From contig NC_022349.1 in assembly GCF_000354175.2 (NCBI RefSeq), positions 3,270,001-3,302,000 on the forward strand: a DNA stretch of 32,000 nucleotides, written 5' to 3'. The translations under genes and the position numbers were made by a program. Of the stretch, positions 26,183-32,000 are shown piece after piece. The notes beneath the pieces are model-generated. The model was not told the DNA's origin, ran no database searches, and saw nothing but the letters and a program-made list of their open reading frames with translations. Source of the stretch: Vibrio alginolyticus NBRC 15630 = ATCC 17749 (lineage in GTDB: Bacteria; Pseudomonadota; Gammaproteobacteria; Enterobacterales; Vibrionaceae). Each line of letters begins with the position of its first letter. Position 1 is the stretch's first letter.

Positions 26183-27583
26183 TTATTGGAATAGTTTTTC
26201 AATTTCAGCAACTTGGCGTTTGCCTTGGCTGTTCAATGGAATTTCGTCGACCACTCGGAATTTTCTCGGGATAGCGATCGGTTCTAGCCAATTGCGCAGT
26301 GCCTTGCGAAGCTCAAGCCAAAATTTGCCTTTACCAAGTTCATTAAGCACATCGCTGCCTTGATCGTTAAGTACGATGATCGAGACTAATGTGAGGCGAC
26401 CAGATTCTTCCATTGGGATCACCACGCTTTCTTGAATCCACGGCAATTGCTCTAAACGTTTTTCCACTTCGACAAGGGAAATACGCTTTTCTTCGACTTT
26501 GACGATTCGGTCAGTGCGTCCACGCAATTCAAAAGAAATGCTATCATGGAAATAGCATTCATCCGCAGTTTGGTACCAAGTGTTTTCATCAATGTGTGGC
26601 GAGCGGAGCTTTAAACAATTTTCATGGTTAAGCTCGGCTTCAACACCAGGGAATAACGTCCAGGGAGTGCTAGCTACGTGCTGCTGACGGTAAGCGATGC
26701 CGCCGGTTTCTGTGCTGCCAAACACTTCAATAGGAAGTGACCCAAACAACTCCTGGCTGTGCTGCGCCGCTTGGTTTGGCAAGGGGCCACCAGAAGAAAA
26801 TACACACCGAATCGCAACCGGATCGTGCTCTTCACTGAGTCGTTTTAGTAACGCAGGGCTGCTTACTAGCGTGGTGTCAGCGTCAGCGTGATGGACAATT
26901 TGCTCTGGGAACTCAAGGTTGTGTGCTGAAAATGGACGTGCGGAGCACAAAGGCCACAATACGCGGAACAGCAAGCCGTAAATGTGTTGATGAGAAACGG
27001 TGCTTTCAACGCGTGTGCTGGCAATCGTGTCGCCCCATAGGTTATCTAGAATAGCAACTTCGATATCGAGCTGTTTCAGCGTTTTTGCAATGGCTTTTGG
27101 TGTGCCGCTTGAACCCGAAGTAAATAGCGTTACTGGTATTTCTGCCAGGTTTAATTCACGCCAAAAATAAGGTTGTTTGGCCTCTGGCTCGCTAATCACG
27201 GTGGTTTCTAGCAATGATTGAGCTTCGATCAAAAGCGAGCTCACGAGTTCTGGAGCCGAGACATCGGCATCATGCAGCAACAAATCGTAGTGCTCACTGA
27301 GCTCTTTGAGTGCTTCTGGTTGGTAATTACCAGGTAATACAATGGATTTTCCTGCATAACAACAAGCAAAAAAGCCAACGGCAAACAGGTAGCTGTTGCC
27401 AAAACACAACGCAATGTTTTGCGTTGGTTGGGTTTCTAGCTGTTGAGTAAGTGTTGCGACGTGCTGTTGGAAATCACCCCACGTGATAACCGTATCGCGA
27501 TCGTAAGAGACTGGGGATTGCTCAGACCTCTCTGCGATGAACAAGGTCGCAAGGGAGGTAAAGCTCGAATACGTTGTATTCAT
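26183..27583 (-). CDS. apeH: AMP-dependent (adenylating) aryl-acid:ACP ligase, APE cluster
   Basis: Start moved to ATG 27583 (AGGA RBS, 4 nt after the apeG stop). Adenylation cores 'FTSGSSGTPK', 'FGSTETGG' and 'GRTDRIVKVEEKRISL' are present. Confidence 0.85.
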   Translation of the reverse strand: MNTTYSSFTSLATLFIAERSEQSPVSYDRDTVITWGDFQQHVATLTQQLETQPTQNIALCFGNSYLFAVGFFACCYAGKSIVLPGNYQPEALKELSEHYDLLLHDADVSAPELVSSLLIEAQSLLETTVISEPEAKQPYFWRELNLAEIPVTLFTSGSSGTPKAIAKTLKQLDIEVAILDNLWGDTIASTRVESTVSHQHIYGLLFRVLWPLCSARPFSAHNLEFPEQIVHHADADTTLVSSPALLKRLSEEHDPVAIRCVFSSGGPLPNQAAQHSQELFGSLPIEVFGSTETGGIAYRQQHVASTPWTLFPGVEAELNHENCLKLRSPHIDENTWYQTADECYFHDSISFELRGRTDRIVKVEEKRISLVEVEKRLEQLPWIQESVVIPMEESGRLTLVSIIVLNDQGSDVLNELGKGKFWLELRKALRNWLEPIAIPRKFRVVDEIPLNSQGKRQVAEIEKLFQ

Positions 27584-27587
27584 ACGA

Positions 27588-28148
27588 TTAGTGTTCCTTT
27601 CGAACAAATTGACGCACGATCCATTCTCCAGCGAACAAGCCACCAGCAAGTAAGTAGCTGATGAGGCCGTTATAAAGCGTCCATATTTTTACTGGTAGGA
27701 AACAGGTATAGAGTGCAACGGCAGCGTTGAGCGTAAAAAAGGCGCACCAAACCACCGTCACTTTGCGAGTGTAAGCCACGCCACTAGCCGGAAGGTCGGG
27801 TTCTTGCAAGCGAGCAAGCCTCTCTATGATCGATTGCGGCTGTTTTAAGCTCAGTCCAAATACACACAGCATACATAAATTGACAACGACAGGGTAAAAC
27901 TGAAGCCACCCGTGTTGTTTAAACACCATGCCAAGTGTAATTAGAACAATGCCAACAGCGCCCGTAGCGAGCGCCAAGAATTTAAACTCTTTTAGTGGGG
28001 TCTTATTTGCGACGAAAACACGCAAAAGTAACGCAGCAATTAACAAGCCCCCAACTAAGTTCAAGCCATATTTATCTATACCGAAATAGACGGCGAAGGG
28101 GTAGGCAAGCAGTACAATTGCAGACAGACCAGTCAGCAATTGGCGCAT
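27588..28148 (-). CDS. apeG: Polytopic inner-membrane protein of APE clusters
   Basis: 186-aa ORF that is hydrophobic throughout. TAATG junction with apeF (28146-28150). Its position matches apeG. Confidence 0.7.
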   Translation of the reverse strand: MRQLLTGLSAIVLLAYPFAVYFGIDKYGLNLVGGLLIAALLLRVFVANKTPLKEFKFLALATGAVGIVLITLGMVFKQHGWLQFYPVVVNLCMLCVFGLSLKQPQSIIERLARLQEPDLPASGVAYTRKVTVVWCAFFTLNAAVALYTCFLPVKIWTLYNGLISYLLAGGLFAGEWIVRQFVRKEH

Positions 28149-28405
28149 TAACTTTCCTTCAATAACTCAGTAACAGCGTTAACCACATCGTCAACGGTTC
28201 TTACTGCACTAAACTCTGCTGGCTTGATTTTTTTGCCAGTGACATTCTGTAGGTGTACGACCAAATCAACGGCGTCAATGCTATCAAGATCGAGATCTTG
28301 GTATAAGTGCGCATCTGATTGAATGTCGGCTGCGTCAATTTCGAACAGCTCAACAAGCGCATCTTTAACTTGTTCAAATACTTGATCTTTATTTACATCA
28401 GTCAT
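28148..28405 (-). CDS. apeF: Acyl carrier protein 2, APE cluster
   Basis: 85-aa acidic ORF with the phosphopantetheine site 'LDLDSIDAVDL'. Confidence 0.88.
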   Translation of the reverse strand: MTDVNKDQVFEQVKDALVELFEIDAADIQSDAHLYQDLDLDSIDAVDLVVHLQNVTGKKIKPAEFSAVRTVDDVVNAVTELLKES

Positions 28406-28420
28406 GAATATACCTACAAC

Positions 28421-28681
28421 TTATTCATTAGTTTGAGAAGAAACGTATTTCGCTAGATTTGCTACAGACGCAAAGTGTTCGCGCGTATTTGAGTCGTCGG
28501 CATCAATAACGATGTTGTATTGTTTTTTTATTGCGAGTCCAAGCTCAAGCGCGTCGATAGAATCTAAGCCAAGTCCATCACCAAAAAGTGGTGCATCCGT
28601 TTCAATATCATCTACGGTTAAATCTTCAAGGTTTAAAGCATCAATAATAAGTTGCTTAATGTCGTTGTGTAACTGTTCCAC
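28421..28681 (-). CDS. apeE: Acyl carrier protein 1, APE cluster
   Basis: 86-aa acidic ORF with a GTG start and the phosphopantetheine site 'LGLDSIDALEL'. Confidence 0.88.
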   Translation of the reverse strand: MEQLHNDIKQLIIDALNLEDLTVDDIETDAPLFGDGLGLDSIDALELGLAIKKQYNIVIDADDSNTREHFASVANLAKYVSSQTNE

Positions 28682-28694
28682 TGGGACCTGCTTA

Positions 28695-29462
28695 TTAATA
28701 AAAGTTTTCTGGAAAAATGTTTTCAGCTAGGTGCTGTTGTAAGCGTCGCGCCGCTATTGTCGGCGACGTAGTTTGCTTTATAAAGGGGGTAATCTCAACT
28801 TTATCCTTAACTTCAACCCTGAAAAAGGGCTTTGTTGCCGGTACTTGATACCATTTTTTCTCTTTTGTGAGGAAACTTGGCGTTACCGTAATATGGACAA
28901 CTCTTAAATCTCGTTCTGTTCTTACCGCAATTTGTGCTGCACCGCGTTGTAATTTCGGCTCTACACCTGGTGTTGTTCTTGTTCCTTCAGGAAATATAAG
29001 CAACACGTTGCCTTTGTTAAATCGTTCATCACAAAGTGCTAATAAATCATCCGGTGCTTCATTGGGAATATATCCGGCTGCTTTTACGATGTGCTTCATA
29101 AAAGGATTCGACCATATTGCCGATTTTACTAAACAGTCGCAGCGATTTAATTGTGAAGCAATGAGAACGTAATCGATTAAACTAGGGTGGTTGGCAACAA
29201 TTAAACAATTACGATCTTGTTGAAGAATATCGGCACCAATAATTTGATAATCGATTGCGCCACTCAACTTCATCAATTTACAAAATGTGTTGAATGAATA
29301 TCGAATCGCACCCTGAACTTTATATTCGCGTTCCGTTTGGTCTGAAACAAAAATACGAATGGTCGGAATAACAATGAAACTCAGTACTAAACCACCTAAC
29401 CCAAATACTGAAAAACAAAAGCCTGTTGCTAGCACACGCCAATACTGATTTAAGCGAGTCAT
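28695..29462 (-). CDS. apeD: PlsC/LPLAT-family (1-acyl-sn-glycerol-3-phosphate-type) acyltransferase, APE cluster
   Basis: Start moved to ATG 29462 (ATGA overlap with the apeC stop). N-terminal TM segment, HX4D 'NHPSLIDY' and 'FPEGTRT'. Confidence 0.85.
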   Translation of the reverse strand: MTRLNQYWRVLATGFCFSVFGLGGLVLSFIVIPTIRIFVSDQTEREYKVQGAIRYSFNTFCKLMKLSGAIDYQIIGADILQQDRNCLIVANHPSLIDYVLIASQLNRCDCLVKSAIWSNPFMKHIVKAAGYIPNEAPDDLLALCDERFNKGNVLLIFPEGTRTTPGVEPKLQRGAAQIAVRTERDLRVVHITVTPSFLTKEKKWYQVPATKPFFRVEVKDKVEITPFIKQTTSPTIAARRLQQHLAENIFPENFY

Positions 29463-30187
29463 TTTTTGTGCCATTCCCAAGCTTGTTGCGGAGCGAAAAT
29501 AGTCCACTGGCTTTTATCTAACAAGTATTGTTGCAAAAATACTAAACCTTGAGGAAGAGGATGACCGGAACGTTCTGCGTTTATGGAGCTTTGTATCGCG
29601 AACTTGTCTCCATGAGAAAGTATTAAGCCAAGTCCAAACCCTTGGTATTGTTGGTTTTCATATTCTAAATAAGAGTCAGGCATAGGCTCATCAAAATCAA
29701 CAAGCAGTACTTTTTTGTCAGGATTGTCGGACAAAAACAGCCATGCTTCTAATATTGCGCTTTGGAATGTGTTTTCTGCCGCAGCGATAGAAGTTAGGGG
29801 AATGGGTTGTTTAGTTGCGATAGTGGCAAGCCCTGCGGCGGTATTGTGCACCGATTGAGAAAAAGCCATCGGAGACGCCTCTTCTCCATTAATTATATCT
29901 TCAACTAGTGCGACGCTGCGATGCAGTTCACCATGACGGCTTGAAAATACAAGGTAATCAACTTGATGTTGATTAAGCATTTCGATTGCAGTTTGTACCG
30001 CCAGTTTACTGAGTGGGCTCATTCTTCTGCGCATCATCGCAGGAATATTTGCAACATTGATTTTGCCATCTTCTGGCCATTTTATCTCTGTTGCCCATTG
30101 TTTCCATTCATTGGATTCGGATAAACCGAATGAATTCGCTGTCCACGCATCAATATTGAACGAAATGTTGATCTTCGAGTTTGGCAT
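29459..30187 (-). CDS. apeC: Half-size KS-like protein (chain-length-factor-type partner of ApeO), APE cluster
   Basis: 242-aa ORF with thiolase-fold N-terminal-like sequence (RRMSPLSKLAVQTA...) but no active-site Cys motif ('FSQSVHNTAAG' instead). It is the first gene of the minus-strand operon. No obvious SD precedes the ATG. Confidence 0.78.
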   Translation of the reverse strand: MPNSKINISFNIDAWTANSFGLSESNEWKQWATEIKWPEDGKINVANIPAMMRRRMSPLSKLAVQTAIEMLNQHQVDYLVFSSRHGELHRSVALVEDIINGEEASPMAFSQSVHNTAAGLATIATKQPIPLTSIAAAENTFQSAILEAWLFLSDNPDKKVLLVDFDEPMPDSYLEYENQQYQGFGLGLILSHGDKFAIQSSINAERSGHPLPQGLVFLQQYLLDKSQWTIFAPQQAWEWHKK

Positions 30188-30221
30188 ATTGGGTTAAATT
30201 GTTTATTTTACAGCTCGATAC

Positions 30222-30242
30222 AAATTGGGGTTGACCCAAATT
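30222..30242. promoter_or_regulatory. Imperfect inverted repeat in the divergent ape promoter region (candidate operator)
   Basis: AAATTGGG-GTTGA-CCCAAATT, with 7 of 8 arm positions complementary. It lies in the 76-bp spacer between apeC (-) and the lipoprotein gene (+) and contains TTGACC. Confidence 0.3.
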
Positions 30243-30263
30243 CACAATAAAAAGGAAATTATC

Positions 30264-30662
30264 ATGTCGCGTTTTAAGCTGTATGTCTCGTTATTATTAA
30301 CTTTGCTTCTTGTTGGTTGTGGACGAGTACAACCTGTAATGAATGTGGAGGATACTCCAGTTGCTTATGATCTTCAAAATAAACAAGTAAAAATGGCCAT
30401 AGTGCAATCAGCAACTAACCGAGGCTGGACGATCGAAGAAGTAAGCCCTGGTGTTCTTATTGCAAAAATCCACGTTCGTAAACACTCTGCAGAAGTAAAA
30501 ATCCCATACAATAATAAATATTACTCAATTATTTATCTCAACTCAGTAAATCTCAAAGCAAGTGATGGCAAAATCCACCGCAATTACAATCGTTGGGTAA
30601 ACAACTTGAATGTTGATATTCAGCGAGCTATTGCATTGTTGGGCAATCAATCTCAACAATAA
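30264..30662 (+). CDS. Hypothetical lipoprotein, divergent from the ape operon
   Basis: Start moved to ATG 30264 (AAAAGGAAA RBS). Signal peptide and lipobox 'LLLTLLLVGC'. I recognise no family. Confidence 0.7.
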   Translation: MSRFKLYVSLLLTLLLVGCGRVQPVMNVEDTPVAYDLQNKQVKMAIVQSATNRGWTIEEVSPGVLIAKIHVRKHSAEVKIPYNNKYYSIIYLNSVNLKASDGKIHRNYNRWVNNLNVDIQRAIALLGNQSQQ

Positions 30663-30671
30663 AACTATTAA

Positions 30672-31757
30672 TTGCAGTTAGGTTTTTCCGTGTTAAATCA
30701 AAATAATGACCCTTTTAATGCTTTTGAAGCGAAGACAGAAGCTCAGAAGTTATCTTTTGCACCAATCGTGTTCCAGACCGCCAAAACGCTTCGAGATTTA
30801 GGTATTTTAGCCGTTTTAGACAGCGCTGGCGCTCAAGGCATGAGTGCCACAGATATTGCCGAGAAAACGGGAGTATCAGAATATGGTGTTAAAGTACTGT
30901 TGGATATGGCGATTAGTGCGCATATTGTTTTATGGGAACGACCTAACTATTCGCTTGCAAACCTTGGTTTTTACCTTCTTCATGATGGTATGACGAATGC
31001 AAACATGGATTTTACGGCAGATGTTTGTTACGCCGCGATGATGCATTTGACGGAAGCAATTCAAGAAGGTAAACCGTCAGGTTTGAAAGAGTTGGGCAAT
31101 TGGGAGACCATTTATCAAGGTCTATCGACGTTACCAGAACAAGCCAAACAGAGCTGGTTTAAGTTCGATCATTTCTATTCGGATCGCTCGTTCCCACTTC
31201 TGCTTAAAGAAGTATTTGCAAGCAAGCCAAAGCATCTTGTGGATATTGGCGGAAATACGGGAAAATGGGCGATTCAGTGTTGTAAACATGACCCTGACGT
31301 TCAAGTGACGATTGTTGATTTACCACAGCAATTAGAAGTAGCGATGAAGAATGTTTCAGAAAACCAGTTCGTCGAGCGTGTACGTCCATACCCTGCAAAC
31401 ATGCTGGATAAAGCACAAACATTGCCTGGACACGCTGACGTATGGTGGATGAGCCAGTTCTTGGATTGCTTTTCCCCAATTGAGATCCTCAATATCCTTA
31501 AAAAAGTTAAAGCCCAGTTAACGAAGGGAGATACTATTTACGTATTGGAGCTGTTTTGGGATGCTCAAAAATACGCGGGAGCTTCCTATAGCCTTAATGC
31601 CACTTCTCTTTATTTTACCTGTTTAGCTAACGGTAATAGTCGCTTTTATCGCAGTGATGATTTCTTAGAAATTGTCGAAGCGGCAGGTTTATCTGTCGTT
31701 GAAAGAACCGACAATATTGGCCTTGGTCATACCTTATTAAAACTACAAGCAAACTAA
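30672..31757 (+). CDS. apeB: SAM-dependent methyltransferase (class I, with N-terminal wHTH/dimerisation-like domain)
   Basis: 361-aa ORF with SAM motif I 'LVDIGGNTGKWA' and an acidic post-I 'VTIVDLP'. There is no in-frame ATG near the 5' end, so the start must be TTG 30672 or GTG 30690. Confidence 0.8.
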   Translation: MQLGFSVLNQNNDPFNAFEAKTEAQKLSFAPIVFQTAKTLRDLGILAVLDSAGAQGMSATDIAEKTGVSEYGVKVLLDMAISAHIVLWERPNYSLANLGFYLLHDGMTNANMDFTADVCYAAMMHLTEAIQEGKPSGLKELGNWETIYQGLSTLPEQAKQSWFKFDHFYSDRSFPLLLKEVFASKPKHLVDIGGNTGKWAIQCCKHDPDVQVTIVDLPQQLEVAMKNVSENQFVERVRPYPANMLDKAQTLPGHADVWWMSQFLDCFSPIEILNILKKVKAQLTKGDTIYVLELFWDAQKYAGASYSLNATSLYFTCLANGNSRFYRSDDFLEIVEAAGLSVVERTDNIGLGHTLLKLQAN

Positions 31758-31764
31758 ATTCAGA

Positions 31765-32000
31765 ATGAAAACAGAGCTCAAGCAAGTTGTTGTCGTAGGA
31801 GCGGGGCCATCAGGTTCAACCGTTTCTGCGTTATTAAAATCGCGTGGCATAGATGTTGTTGTCTTAGAAAAAGCGACTTTTCCACGCTTTTCCATAGGAG
31901 AAAGCCTGCTCCCTGCATGTATGGAAGTTGTTGAACAAGCAGGAATGACCAATGCAGTAAAGCAGTTTGGCTTCCAGTATAAAGATGGTGCTGCATTTCG
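31765..32000 (+). CDS. FAD-dependent oxidoreductase, flavin-dependent-halogenase-like (5' fragment, runs off window)
   Basis: My own translation from ATG 31765: MKTELKQVVVVGAGPSGSTVSALLKSRGIDVVVLEKATFPRFSIGESLLPACMEVVEQAGM... It has the GxGxxG dinucleotide fold followed by 'FPRxxIGESLLP', a block I associate with flavin-dependent halogenases and related monooxygenases. It is open to the window end. Confidence 0.7.
   Translation, partial: MKTELKQVVVVGAGPSGSTVSALLKSRGIDVVVLEKATFPRFSIGESLLPACMEVVEQAGMTNAVKQFGFQYKDGAAF

Noticed and set aside
14788-32000. Classifying the tRNA-adjacent region as a mobile genomic island, prophage or defence island.
   Set aside because: No integrase, recombinase, transposase, phage structural gene, toxin-antitoxin, restriction or CRISPR-Cas gene is visible, and no flanking direct repeats were seen. 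The content is a coherent biosynthetic operon.
1-32000. CRISPR arrays, rRNA genes, REP/VCR-type interspersed repeats and large direct or inverted repeats.
   Set aside because: Reading the intergenic regions showed none. The only RNA gene found is tRNA-Arg. A computational repeat search would be needed for certainty.

Overview
Gammaproteobacterial chromosomal window. It looks Vibrionaceae-like from gene content and synteny, but that is inference and no search was possible. It has two parts. (1) Positions 1-14.8 kb are a conserved housekeeping block. The plus strand carries yoaA, tsaB, a small ORF, an Slp-family lipoprotein, an alpha/beta hydrolase, fadD and rnd. Then come minE-minD-minC on the minus strand, ycgL, a lytic transglycosylase, a LysR regulator, a NupC-type nucleoside transporter, and folD on the minus strand. 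The block ends in a tRNA-Arg(UCU) gene with its own near-consensus promoter and terminator. Several clean rho-independent terminators and candidate CRP and PurR operators are visible. (2) From 14.97 kb to the window end lies an aryl-polyene (APE) type II PKS-like pigment-lipid cluster. Seventeen genes on the minus strand are tightly overlapping or near-abutting: apeC-D-E-F-G-H-I-J, an inserted MIO ammonia-lyase, then apeK-L-M-N-O-P-Q-R. They form one ~15.2 kb operon ending at a terminator at 14929-14957. A divergent plus-strand arm carries a lipoprotein, a SAM methyltransferase and the 5' part of a flavin-dependent halogenase-like oxidoreductase, and it runs off the window. The APE family is already described. 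The points that make this locus worth a second look are the operon-embedded ammonia-lyase with a non-canonical selectivity dipeptide, the halogenase-like gene, an apparent compositional break inside the cluster, and its position beside a tRNA. No CRISPR, IS element, integrase or prophage gene was seen.
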